Below the pieces are notes generated by a model. That model ran no database searches, was not told the DNA's origin, and saw nothing but the letters and a program-made list of their open reading frames with translations. Below, piece after piece: positions 46,101 to 56,666 of a DNA stretch of 64,000 bases. Position numbers and translations under genes: made by a program. The stretch is from Vicugna vicugna (taxonomy: Eukaryota). Where the stretch lies: the NCBI GenBank assembly GCA_013265495.1, contig MU058718.1:2108001-2172000 (forward strand), read 5' to 3'. Every line of letters begins with the position of its first letter. The first letter of the stretch is position 1.

Positions 46101-49100
46101 TACTTAAAGCATTCTTGCTAGAAATATATACCTCAGTGATTATGTAACCTCCCCAAAAGCTTCCAGGAACTTGGGAGTGAGGGGGAAGATGCTGTAATAA
46201 GACTTCTTCCCCTACTACTTTCGATATCTTTTTTATTTTTAGCATACTTGCTGGTTTATTGGAGAGCATTTTGGCATCCACTCGTTTTACATTGTGCAGA
46301 TTAGAAATATTTCTCACATCGTTTAAATTTTATCAAAGCTCTGAAACACTCAGCTTTGATGACCTATGAAGTTTAACATAATTTTTCTGAGTCCTTTTAC
46401 AAGAAAAGGAGTAAAACACCAAGAGTACTTATTAATATCACATTTTTTAAAAAAATAGTAGTTTATGGTAAAAATGATGTATTTGAACAGTTACATTTAT
46501 AAGTTCACTTTAAAACCTCATTTTGTCTCCTTTGTACTCTGTCAATATATGGTTAGAAATGCTTATATACATAGGGATTTTGTGATATAGGCTCTTGTGA
46601 CAAGTATTAAATCCTCCAAAGTTCAGCACCTCATAGAATGGGAATATCTACTCTAGAGTAATTTTAGGGCTTTATTATTATTGTTAAAAGTTAGATTTTC
46701 TTTAATTCAAGGTTGAAACACTGGTTTAAAGGAACCCTCAAATCAAATCACCAAAATCTACTTAGATAATATTACTGGGTAAATATTTTTTAAAAGTATG
46801 TTTAAAATTAGAATTACCTCTTACCGAACTCGGTCCAAAAGATACAGAAAGTTAAAATATAGAATACTGCCAACATATGATAACATTTAATATTAATAAT
46901 TTAGGCTTTATATTAAATTATAAGATCTGGGATCCTATAATAAATTCTTTACATATTACAGCTGTTTTGAAGTCTCAGGCTAAATGAAGTATCTGGGGAA
47001 AGGCTGTCCCCAGAGTGAATTGAGGTCTGCTTTGAATAGTGGGTTCCAGTCTTTGCTGACTTATTCCCATTTTTAGATCTTTGGTCTAGTTCTCTTCTGA
47101 TTGAGCCCAGTGTGTAGTTTATTACATTAAAAAGAGAGAGAGAGAGAGAAACGTTATATGTTTCCCAAATTATAGGCCATTTGAAATGTATGTCAAATTT
47201 CCTGTTTCAAGTACTGTAAGATTGGGATTGCACTATAAATCCAGAACAGAGGGAGTCACTTGGACAATCAATTAATAATTTCCACTGGAGTAAAAGAAGG
47301 GTGTGTTCTGGACTCTCTTTTTCCTTCCTTACTCCTTAAGGACATACACTACTTTTGGATGAGCTTGATACATGTTCCCCTTTTATAAACAATATAATAT
47401 CCTAGTGTTCACGGATATGTACATAAGTATTAAAAGCATAAAGATAAAAAGGGAAAGATAAACACCAAATTCAGAATAGTTACAGAGGGTGGGATACGGG
47501 ACTTTGAAGGGATACATAGGGGACTTCAGCTATAACAGTTTCTTTCTGAAGTTTGGTGGGGAGGGTACATGGATTTCACTATATTCCGTATATTTTTATG
47601 TGATTATAATAATAATAATGTTCATAATAATAATAAAATATCTGGTTGTTTTACCTAAGTAATATCAGAAAGAAGGCTTTAATTTAACTATTATGAAACC
47701 AAAGGTTTTTATTCCTCCCTCCCTCCTTTATTTGTTCCTTTCTTCCTTCCTTTTTTGGTAAATGATGTCATACAGCCCCTGCCCCACCCACCCCGATACT
47801 GACATATGGTTAATAATCACATACAACAGAACATCTCAACTTGGTTACCATTGTATATGTTTACAGATAGTTTAGTTTGGTTAGGGAGTCTGGCAGGCCT
47901 GGGGTCTAGGTTTACCATTTACTAGCTATGGGAATTTAGGCCTGTTACCTAACCTCTCTGAGCTTAAAAAAAAAATCATTCGGTGTAGATTATAATAATA
48001 TCTTTTTGGCTTTGTGATGAAGATGAAATGAAATTGTGGATGTAGAGATTCTGGTGTGTAGGAGGTGCTCAGTGGATGATGATTTCAGTTCTCGTCCCCT
48101 CTCTGGTGCCCTACGGCACCTTGCACAGCATGAGGGATGTAGAAGGCACTCAGAAATACTTAGGATTTAACTATATACTACATTTTAGTAAAATTTTAAA
48201 TTATTTTTAGGAGGACTTTCGACTGCATTTTAGAAATATTTCAAGAATCATGGATTGTGTTGGTTGTCTTAAATGTCGACTATGGGGAAAGCTTCAGGTA
48301 AGCAGATCTAGCTCAGTCCTGTTTCCATTCTTTGCACAAAGAATTTTCTGATTTTTCTTTTTGTTTTTTTCCCTTATTTCTATTATAGACTCAGGGTTTG
48401 GGCACTGCTCTGAAGATCTTATTTTCTGAGAAACTGATAGCAAATATGCCAGAAAGTGGACCCAGTTATGAATTCCATCTAACCAGACAAGAAATAGTAT
48501 CATTATTTAATGCATTTGGAAGGTTAGTTTTGTACCAAAATTGTTTCTGCTAGCCAAGTAAGTCTAATGCAACGCATTTACTCTCAGATAAAACTGGGTA
48601 AGAAATATCCTTTTCAGTGAAATTATTTCACTACAGAATTCTGTGATCTTAGAAAATCATTAGATGATATTCTTTATTTTAATCTATTCTTTTATAATCA
48701 TGATTAATTCACTCAGTGGATTTCAATATTCTTCCTACTGAATTTGTGTATATTTTTCTAATTATTTAAAAATAGTTTTTTTGTGCTCTTCAAAAGGTAT
48801 TTTGAAGGTCCTGGAAAAATCATGTTGTGTAATATAGGTGTACATGTAAAATTTCTTTGTGAATTCACCATTGTGTGAAAAGGTTAATAGTTCTTTTAAA
48901 AATAATTTTCTTCAAAGTGATTAGAATATAAGTTTGAAATATGGAAGTTACATTACAAAATTTGAGTATAGATGCATTTCCTTCTGGCCTGTCACATATA
49001 AAGAATGCAAGATTTATAAAAACTAACATATTTCTGAGGACTACATTTCTTCACTTTAAAAAATTATGATTTAATATTTTGGGTTTGGAATAATCGTCCT

Positions 49101-49797
49101 TCAAAATTATTCTCTAGCACACAGAGCTTGACAGTTATACTTCATTGAATAGTTTGCTACTTCTTTCATGGTAGAGAGCAGAGCTTAAGAACACTTAAAA
49201 TAACAAAGTTATTTATAATAACTAAGTTATAAATAACTAAGTTAGTGAAAACAATTTGGTCATATATTTACTATTCTCACTCTTTATAAGAGTCCAAAGG
49301 CTTTGATTCTTTGTATATTTACTAAATATGGCATATCGATCAGTTTAAGTGTTCATATACATATGCATATTTAAAATACATATTTTATTATGTGCTTTAT
49401 ACCTGTGTACTTTAAATAGTAAGCATATGAATATACTTATGAATACTTAAGATATCTAAGGATTTTAATGCTGATGTACTTCATAATTTTGCATTTTGAA
49501 ACTTTAATACTAAGTTATGAATACTTAAAAGTAATTTCTGGGCAATATTACCTTAGTTTTAACATGTCAAATTAAGGACTAAAGAACATCAAAATAGATT
49601 AAGTTGCTTTATGCACCATTAAATTTGCTGAAATAAATTACTTAAACATTTTTATGTGTTGTGAAAATGCAAAGTGAATAACTTACGAGACAAGTTATCT
49701 AAAATAGTTTTTGAGTGAAATTTTTTTTGGTTACAGAATTTCTACAAGTGTGAAAGAATTAGAAAACTTCAGGAACTTGTTACAAAATATTCATTAA
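14125..49797 (+). CDS. ERO1A: ERO1A (ERO1-like protein alpha), complete spliced CDS, 16 exons, 468 aa
   Basis: Exon lengths 114+120+84+39+77+74+121+47+12+27+93+247+70+87+134+61 = 1407 nt, all introns GT-AG; signal peptide, C94xxxxC99 shuttle motif, C391xxC394xxC397 active site, ends ...LLQNIH*. Confidence 0.98.
20812..20934 (-). mobile_element. tRNA-Ala-derived SINE (Vic-1-like)
   Basis: Reverse complement reads ggagggtatagctcaagtggtagagtgcatgcttagcatgcatgag...ggttcaatccccagtacctcc. Confidence 0.88.
20948..21608 (+). mobile_element. 5'-truncated L1 (ORF2 C-terminus, 3'UTR, A-rich tail)
   Basis: ORF 20966..21208 [20 protein letters not shown]...ISLICEI is an L1 ORF2 end; probable TSD AATAAAGTATTCT (20935-20947) / AATTAAGTATTCT (21609-21621). 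Confidence 0.9.
21451..21488. repeat. (GATA)n microsatellite inside an L1 3'UTR
   Basis: About nine TAGA units. Confidence 0.9.
22846..22965 (+). CDS. ERO1A: ERO1A exon 2
   Basis: aacag|[40 protein letters not shown]|gtatt. Confidence 0.96.
23728..23811 (+). CDS. ERO1A: ERO1A exon 3 (Cys85, Cys94, Cys99, Cys104)
   Basis: tacag|[28 protein letters not shown]|gtgag. Confidence 0.96.
24322..25070 (-). mobile_element. L1 3' end (L1MB-like), antisense
   Basis: cttagcataatgttttcaagg, gttgtttt-caccttttt-gctattgt and agtagaattgctggatca antisense L1 motifs. Confidence 0.8.
25239..25561 (-). mobile_element. 5'-truncated lineage-specific L1 3'UTR with TSD
   Basis: Perfect 13-bp TSD GACACAGCTTTTT at 25226-25238 and 25562-25574. 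Confidence 0.88.
26799..26939. mobile_element. Short L1 3'UTR insertion with 5' inversion
   Basis: 26799-26850 is antisense L1 3'UTR, 26851-26939 is sense with poly-A; 12-bp TSD AAAAATCACTTC at 26787-26798 and 26940-26951. Confidence 0.85.
28578..28616 (+). CDS. ERO1A: ERO1A exon 4
   Basis: ttcag|[13 protein letters not shown]|gtatg. Confidence 0.95.
30031..30199 (-). mobile_element. tRNA-Ala-derived SINE (Vic-1-like)
   Basis: Antisense tRNA-like head with poly-T tail; TSD AATATTTG at 30023-30030 and 30200-30207. Confidence 0.88.
30966..31042 (+). CDS. ERO1A: ERO1A exon 5 (Cys131)
   Basis: ttcag|[25 protein letters not shown](S)|gtctg. Confidence 0.95.
31064..31168. repeat. Compound (TTTTA)n(TTTA)n microsatellite in ERO1A intron 5
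   Basis: About 105 bp of TTTTA then TTTA units. Confidence 0.92.
31253..31326 (+). CDS. ERO1A: ERO1A exon 6
   Basis: taaag|(S)[24 protein letters not shown]|gtata. Confidence 0.95.
31420..32035 (+). mobile_element. L1 3' end (L1MB-like)
   Basis: ORF 31603..31785 ...VEYYSAIK...[23 protein letters not shown]... is an L1 ORF2 C-terminal remnant, followed by 3'UTR. Confidence 0.85.
32662..32944. mobile_element. Probable TcMar-Tigger MITE (MER46C-like)
   Basis: Degenerate inverted ends (atctataatcctttattcc ... gggtaaggagctgtggatat) and ctgaaaagttctgaattccaaaac-ccatttggccccaggg motif. Confidence 0.45.
33538..33674 (-). mobile_element. tRNA-Ala-derived SINE (Vic-1-like)
   Basis: Antisense tRNA-like head; perfect 11-bp TSD TAGTTTTCTGT at 33527-33537 and 33675-33685. 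Confidence 0.88.
34450..34665 (-). mobile_element. MIR SINE
   Basis: tattatccccatcttacaagtgagggcaccaaggca...ctggattctaacccaggc MIR core; similar MIRs at ~18810-18990, 35810-36010, 40870-41100, 47880-48075 and 56930-57160. Confidence 0.65.
35215..35335 (+). CDS. ERO1A: ERO1A exon 7 (Cys208)
   Basis: tccag|(D)[39 protein letters not shown](K)|gtatg. Confidence 0.96.
37254..37300 (+). CDS. ERO1A: ERO1A exon 8
   Basis: tccag|(K)[15 protein letters not shown]|gtgag. Confidence 0.95.
39553..39564 (+). CDS. ERO1A: ERO1A exon 9 (12-nt microexon)
   Basis: Long polypyrimidine tract ttcag|GGAAAAGTGAAG|gtaagt; supplies (G)KSE(E) and brings the total to 468 aa. Confidence 0.9.
41217..41341 (-). mobile_element. 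Internally deleted MaLR solo LTR (MLT1A-like) nested in an old antisense L1 (~41110-42050)
   Basis: TG...CA ends; both LTR termini fused (ctgtaacaaaacaccataga... and ...ggacacaaacattcgtccataaca); 5-bp TSD GCCTA/ACCTA. Confidence 0.55.
42610..42945 (+). mobile_element. 5'-truncated lineage-specific L1 3'UTR
   Basis: acaaatgaacttgtttacaaaacagaaacagact...actatactt with A-rich tail; same family as the 8143 copy. Confidence 0.85.
43293..43319 (+). CDS. ERO1A: ERO1A exon 10 (27 nt)
   Basis: ttcag|(E)NAFYSWLE(G)|gtaac. Confidence 0.94.
43444..43536 (+). CDS. ERO1A: ERO1A exon 11 (Cys241)
   Basis: cttag|(G)[30 protein letters not shown]|gtatg. Confidence 0.96.
44384..44630 (+). CDS. ERO1A: ERO1A exon 12
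   Basis: ctcag|(D)[20 protein letters not shown]...LLEILHEI(K)|gtaaa; matches ORF 44392..44634. Confidence 0.97.
45111..45180 (+). CDS. ERO1A: ERO1A exon 13
   Basis: tgcag|(K)[23 protein letters not shown]|gtaat. Confidence 0.96.
48211..48297 (+). CDS. ERO1A: ERO1A exon 14 (CxxCxxC active site)
   Basis: tttag|[29 protein letters not shown]|gtaag. Confidence 0.97.
48389..48522 (+). CDS. ERO1A: ERO1A exon 15
   Basis: tatag|[44 protein letters not shown](R)|gttag. Confidence 0.96.
49737..49797 (+). CDS. ERO1A: ERO1A exon 16 coding part with stop codon
   Basis: tacag|(R)[22 protein letters not shown]. Confidence 0.96.
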
Positions 49798-49986
49798 GGA
49801 AAACCAGTTGAAATGTGCCTGTTTCTGGACAGTGGAGGCCCAAGAATGGAATTTCATTCAAAGGCATAATAGCATGAGTCTCAAGCCAAACATTTTATAC
49901 GAAGCTGCTTTTGTAAAAGGGAATTACTTTGTTTTAAGTAAACAATTTTTTTTAATTTTGTTAAGTCTATGGATAATATTATTGTG

Positions 49987-50133
49987 AATAAAATTAATAC
50001 TTTGATAATGTGGTACAAATTTTAAAGTTTAATATTAAGTAAAATCAGGATTATCAAATTCATATATGGTAAACCTAAGTAAATGTTTTAAGTCTCTCAA
50101 ACCATAATTTTGTGTAAGATGTAATATAATAAA
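49987..50133 (+). terminator. ERO1A: Candidate proximal polyadenylation signals of ERO1A
   Basis: AATAAA at 49987-49992 and 50128-50133; usage cannot be shown from sequence alone. Confidence 0.45.
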
Positions 50134-50224
50134 ACTATGGCCAATGTGACAAGTGTTCAATAGGAAAATGCTAAGGAAGCTCATGAATGGCCTATTATTA
50201 GCAGCCTAAATGTTTCAATACATT

Positions 50225-50413
50225 TAGTGTTACCAGATTTAGTAAATAAAAATACAGAATGCCCAGTTAAATTTGAATTTCAGATAAACAACAAATAGTA
50301 TTTTAATATAAGTATGTTGCATGCAATATTTCAGACAACTATATGTCAAAAAACTATTCCTTATTTAAAATTCAAATTTAGCTGGGAGTCCTGTGTTTTC
50401 TCTGGCAACCGTA
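50225..50413. mobile_element. MER53-like palindromic hAT MITE downstream of the ERO1A stop codon
   Basis: Ends TAGTGTTACCAGA / TCTGGCAACCGTA; internal arms cccagttaaatttgaattt / aaattcaaatttagctggg. Confidence 0.75.
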
Positions 50414-51589
50414 TAAAACATTGTTATGAAACAGATCACTTTTAGAATTATATCGGTATTTTGACTGGCTTATTTTGGTGTATAGAAAGATAAAATGATA
50501 ACTCAAAGGTGTAAGGGATTTCTAAACAGTGTGAAAAGTTGAATACATTTATATATTTATTCTCATAATACTTTCCCTAATTCTGAATAAAATTTTGGGG
50601 AAACTTTTTATTTTTATATAATTTCAAACTGACAGAGATGTTTCCAGGATAGTACAAAGAACTCTTTTACCAGCTCCACAAATTGTTCCTATTTGCTTAG
50701 TCTCTCATGGTCTGTCTGTATATATACACACCTATACTGTCTTTTCCTCAATCATTCGGAAGTCAGTTACAGGCATCATGCCCTTTGAACCCTAAACACT
50801 TCAGTGTGTAATACTAAATCATTTATTTTAAATGATTTTTTTCAGAAAAAAAAATCAAACTATATACTACTATAAGCCTTAGAATGAGGAATCATTTTGA
50901 GTTCCAACTTAAAGTTCTTTTTGAGTCTTGTTACCCTTTTAATGCTTAATCTGTATAGTCATAGGGCATATGGTGATTTGGTTTTTGTACATGACATTCA
51001 TTTGTTTTTCTCCCAAAAACTAAACTGTAATTTTCAGAGGTTTTCATAAGGGGAGGATCTTCAATGATAAAAATATTTGAAGGGGTATAGGAATTTCTAT
51101 CACATGGTAATTGAAGGGAAAAAAGAAACTGTATACCTCAAAATCCTGGGCCCTCTCTGTATGTCTTAGCAGGTATACCATGTTGCAATGTAACATTACT
51201 AATAAAGCAAGGCTTATTTATATAATGGTTTAGAAATGCCACTTTACACTACTGTATACTTTTTCTTCTCTATATCCCTAAGGCCTGGTAGTGTCAAGCA
51301 CATAGTAGGTGTCCAGTAAATGTTCGTGGAATAAATGTATGCAAATGTATTCAGTATATTTAAATAGTCACAGATCTAAATTTAACAATATATATCCTGT
51401 TTTCCTTTTCCCCCTCATTTGAATAGGGCAGGAAAAGAAAGACAAAAACCTACTATTAGTCAATATTCTTGGAGAATCAAAGTACTCTGAAGCGAGCACC
51501 ATATATAAAAGGGTTTGTAGTATCTGAAAATACGATAGATGGATTTAAGTGGTTATTTTGCCTGTACACCTCTCTAACTCTCATCTTAT

Positions 51590-52855
51590 GCCCCTGCCCT
51601 TTTTTCTTTTTTTAACATCCAATCTTTTAAAAAGGCTATTCTTATCTTTACTTTGTCATCCCTGGCTTGCTCCGTAACTGAAATTGGGCTTTTGGCTCCG
51701 TAGTTCTTAACAGTCTTGTCCTTTGAAGTCTAAAACTATATTCAGATTCTAAATCCACCTTTAAGTTCACAAGCCATTTCTGACTTGACCTTTTCTCTGC
51801 ATTTGACACTGCCGACAGCCTCTTCTTTAAAAGTCTTATTTCCATTGGCTTCCTTCTATTTCACATACTCCTGGGTGCCTCTTTTCACTTATTCTTTAAG
51901 TTATTCCTCAGGCTTTCATTCCTGCTCTCTTCATCACCACTTCTCACTTTTGAGTACTTCCAATTCAATGTCTAAATCTTTATCTTTAGCCCAGACTTCT
52001 CAGTCCATCTGCCTACTACATATCTTCACTTGGTTGTCCCACAGACACCTGTGTGTGTTTAAAAAATCATTCTCCTCCAGACCTACTCTTATGCCAATGT
52101 TCCTTCCTCTGGTTAATTTCAGAACCATCATTATCTAAATTCTCTAGGCTCACTCTTCTCCTCCCTTTGTCTCCTATTCAGCCAATGTCTAATCTCTATG
52201 GATTTTATCTCCATATCTCTGACATATCACTGTCATTCCATTTTCATTGCTCTTCCCTAAAGCATGAACCTTTCTCCTTTATCCAGCTTGTCTCCTATCT
52301 TTTGCTCCACAATTCTACAAAGTGGACTTTCTAGAAGGACTCTAACAACATTACTTCCTGCTTAACACACTTTAATAACTTCACGAACCTTCAGGAGAAA
52401 GCTAAACACCTTTGCTTGGTGCACAGGGTTCTCTGATACATGTCTTCCTGCTCCCCACCCCTGCCACCCCATGTTCTGTTAAAACAGACTTCCAGTTCTT
52501 CAGATGCACTATAGTCAGGCCTCCACACCTTGGTGCCTGCTGTTCCCTTTCTATCAAGTGCCCTTGCCATCTGGAAAATTTCTAAGTATCTTGCAGGCCC
52601 AGCATAAAGCATCACCTCTGTGACATCTCCCTTGCTGCATCCAAGGAGGATCACCTGACTTCCTCTTTTGTGTCACCACTGTAATTACAACCTACCTCTA
52701 GTGTGTCATTTATTGTACTGTATTGTGTTTATTTTTTAAAGTCTCCTTTACTAGAATGTGAGCTCCTTAAGGGCAGGAAAAGGAACTATATCCATTTTGC
52801 ATCTCCATAGCATAGTTTTTGGCATATGAAACTTAATAAATGTTGGTTGAATAAA
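51590..52855 (+). mobile_element. L2 LINE 3' portion
   Basis: cttgaccttttctctgcatttgacactg motif, pyrimidine-rich body, L2 tail aataaatgttggttgaataaa. Confidence 0.7.
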
Positions 52856-53313
52856 TTGCTTTTGAAGTGACAACTTTATTATATTAATGGTCATATCTTC
52901 ACTCCAAATAATCTTTACAGTAAGAGTCAGTAGACTGTGGACTTTAGGGGGTCAATAAAACTTCCAAAATTGTATTCAGAATTTGGTGTGGTTTTGGTGG
53001 ATCGTGAAAGGGGTCTATTAGGGAAAAAATAGTAAGAACTCTTCTTTCAGGGGAAAAGGCAAAATCACTAAAGAATTTCATGAATAGTCAAAGAATAGCT
53101 GCCCAGGATTATGGGCTAGATAAATTTATTCCTGTTTAAAGTTCTAAGGGGAGGGAGAGAGGTGTTAAGAGTTATTTTATACAAGGATTTTTTCTTTGCT
53201 TAATGTTTGAATAAACATGTACTATCTAATAACATATTGATATTTTAAACTGTATGGCATTTCATACGAAATTAGTGTGTAATACTAAGGGACCTCTACA
53301 TGTTATGTACATA

Positions 53314-53671
53314 CAGTTCTCCACTTACAATAGTTCAACTTTAGATTTTTCAACTTTACAAAGTGCAAAAGTGAAACGCATTCAGTAGAAGCTGTACTTC
53401 CACTTTTGAATTTTTGATTTCTCTCCCTGGGCTTAGATATGCAGTATGGTCCTCTCTTGTGATTTTGGGCAGTGGTGGATCTTTAATTCTGTAAATTGCA
53501 TGAGATAGTCAACACTTTATTATAAAATAGGCTTTGTGTTAGATGGTTTTGCCCAACTGTAGTTTAATGTAAGTGTTGTGAGTAAGTTTAAAGTGGGCTA
53601 GGCTAAGCTATGGTGTTCAGTAGGCTAGGTGTATTCGATGCATTTTCACTTACAAGCTGAGGAAGATCTGT
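53314..53671 (-). mobile_element. TcMar-Tigger MITE (MER47-like) between ERO1A and GPR137C
   Basis: caacactttattataaaataggctttgtgttagatg...ggctaggctaagctatg motif; right end gaggaagatctg|ta. Confidence 0.7.
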
Positions 53672-53835
53672 AGTTATAAGCTCACTAAAAGCAAACTATC
53701 ATTTGTAACTCCAAATATTTTCCTCTTTTCTATGGAAGCACTAGGGTTCTTATCCTCACATGATAGAAACTCAGTTGGTATAGTCCATTATGAGAGATTA
53801 AGAAAGCCAGACCTCCAACTAAAAGCACAAACACT

Positions 53836-53841
53836 TTTATT
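53836..53841 (-). terminator. GPR137C: Candidate GPR137C polyadenylation signal
   Basis: TTTATT on plus (AATAAA on minus) ~2.65 kb beyond the stop codon, followed on the minus strand by GT-rich GTGTTTGTGCTTTT. Confidence 0.55.
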
Positions 53842-56491
53842 TTTAACAGTAGTGTTTTGTTACAATTTAGTGAAACAACAAATAAATACATTCATTGGCC
53901 ACAGCTATACTTTTACAACCAGTTTGAAACTGATTATATAGCTGAGAAACACTGTTAAACAATAAAAAAGGCAGCTATGCATAAAAAAGCCACTTTAGCT
54001 ATAAATTACATCTTTCATAAAACTACTACCAGCTATAATGAGTGGTAAGAGTTTCAAAATTAATGACCACCCAAATGAAACGATAAAAACAAGTACTGCT
54101 AATCACTGTAGAATTACACACTTAAGCAATGAAAGTCTCTCTTCTAGTTAATGAACCAAAAAGGAAGGTTTGAAATTGTCATCATGTGCTTCAGTGCAGG
54201 ATGAATAGGGAATGCGTAGCCCTTTGATTTTATAAACAACTCCTTCTTTCAAGACCAGACTTAAAGTGCTCCTAGTGCTTTGGAATTTTTAAGCAAAAAC
54301 TGGGTCAGAAGCTTATCTTTCTTTGTCTTTGGTGATGTACTGTGGGAGATGTGTATACAGAGATAAATGCAAGAATTCAGGTACCCTGGTCAGGATAAGA
54401 AATGTACAAATCTCAGATTTGGAAGAATCAACTAATGCAGCTAAAAGAACCAAGTTACTTTATCTGAAATATGTTTTTAAAAGTAATCTTTGTTTATCTG
54501 GTGAAATAGGAACATTATCTACAGAAGTCTCAGAAAGATTTACTAGAAAAAAAATTTACTTTATCACTTTGAATCCCAAGGATTAATAAAGACAACAGAG
54601 ATCTTTTCAGATAGCTCTAGATAATACCTAGCATAATTAAGAAAATAAATAGTTGGCATTCTGAAAAGAAATCCAGTAACTGAAGTTGCAAACTATACTC
54701 AGGTAAGTGCATGTTATGTTGTTCTGTTACTACCAAGGTTAACTTCCACACCATAAACTTTAAAATAATTTGCTTACAATGAGAGAATTTCGTGGAAATA
54801 AACCCAAAGTAACATAAGTTTATGCTTTTGATTGAATTTAAAATCATTTTGTATGATAAAAAGACAAAATTTCGTTGGCTGTGTACCAGCCTCCTGAAAG
54901 ATTAAAAGCATTAAAAATTTTATTTCTTTCTTGGGGTTTCACTTACTGTTATACTTTACGAAGTTGCAGAATCAATTAATTGAAAAGTTGAAAGGTACTT
55001 TATGTAAGAGTAGAAAACATAATTTTCTAATCAAAGACAGAAGAGGATAGTTGTGTTAGTTCAAGTTCTTAAGAAATAGATCAGCAAACAATTGTATATA
55101 TGGTTAGTCGTCCTTAAGCATGTTGTGACAACTTCTCAACATTGCCCGTTACCTTGGCATCTTGAGGTATTCAGCATCTACTTCCTTATAGACACTGGTA
55201 GAAAGTGCATTTTAAAATTCTCTATTACCTTAGCCTACCATATATTTTCTTTAGATTTGAGATAGGACATTCAGGACAGTTTTAATGTAATTCTAGAAGT
55301 ATTTCAATATTGTTAACCACTGGTGTTATACTTACCTAGTTAGTACCCTTACATAAGTTGTTCATTTAGTCTAGTGCTGGAATTCATTTGAATTTAATTT
55401 GGCTTTGCCCATATACAAGATATAAAAATGTGAAAACTAAAAGAGGAATTAAATGTCTTACAAAGTATTGCACTTGAGTTCACGGCAATAATGTATCACG
55501 ATTTAATTTACCTGAGGACAATCCTGATTCAGTTAGGAACAGGTAAGATCAGCTATATTTTGCTTCAGCTAAGTTGAATGCTTTTGAAAAATGTATTCAT
55601 CTTTCGACTTAGAATTGTACATTTTGTGAATATTCCTTAAGTACATCTGTAAACTGATTGAGTCCCAAGAAGTTTCTACCAAAATCTCCCTATGCAAAAA
55701 TTACTATTGCTTTTTTGAAGACTCATGCTTAAACTACTGCATACATCTTAATCAGACAAAATAATCACTTGACCAATTCTACTCAAAGTAGCCACATAAT
55801 TTTTACTGGTATACTTTCCTCTTCAAGAAATGACTGTGGCTTTCCAAAGAACACTGCTGGTCATCACTGTAAAGGATTATTACTATCATTTGTTTAAAAT
55901 GATGGTTTGAATAATTTCAGTTGGTACTTTACGATCATGTTTAAAAGAACTATCTTCAATGATTACATATTCTTAGTAGATCTTTCAAAAGAAAGAATTT
56001 TTATGCCTTCATTCTGTGCACTGTTCACACTATAAACTTTATTGAGTAAGAATTCCATGTGGAGTATACTGCTGAATATACAGGCTTTGATTTTTGTAGG
56101 GAAACTGCCTCCTAATTTGGTGTACAACATAATATCCCAGTGAGAACACTGGGGTAGGACTTTGGGGACTGCAGTGTACTCTTTCAGAACAAGGATAAAA
56201 GTGCAAATATGCAAATATGCATTTGATGTTCCAAAGTCATGATGTTTGGAAGCCACCAAGTGCCTTAAGATCTAATCCCTCGTTTCTCCCCCTCCAAACT
56301 TTCCGCTGTACTCCGTTTCACTAGGACGAGGTCAAAAGTAACAGCTGTGTTCCCCACTGGACACAGCCACATTTCCAGGCTTTGTTTTCAGTTGCAACAG
56401 ATTAATGGAATGTTTATGCAGATGGAATTTTAACACACTGAATATACATATGCATGAAAAATGACTGAAGAATCACGACTTGGTAATGCTG

Positions 56492-56666
56492 TCAGTTTTG
56501 CGGTGTTACATATAAGCTATGGTGATTGTTCATATCTAAATTACTACAAGTAAAGAGCAAAGGAGCAGTGTCTGTCATAGGTCCATTCAGGTGGGGAGAG
56601 ACTGTGTAACTGCTGCTGCACCCAGTCATGGTGCCATACCAGCCCAAACCTTGTGAATTTGATAAA
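56492..56666 (-). CDS. GPR137C: GPR137C last coding exon
   Basis: tgcag|(S)[60 protein letters not shown]. Confidence 0.93.

Noticed and set aside
49202..49244. AT-rich inverted repeat (also AGTTAAACT-C-AGTTTAACT near 27149)
   Set aside because: Short, low-complexity palindromes are expected in AT-rich introns; no supporting context.
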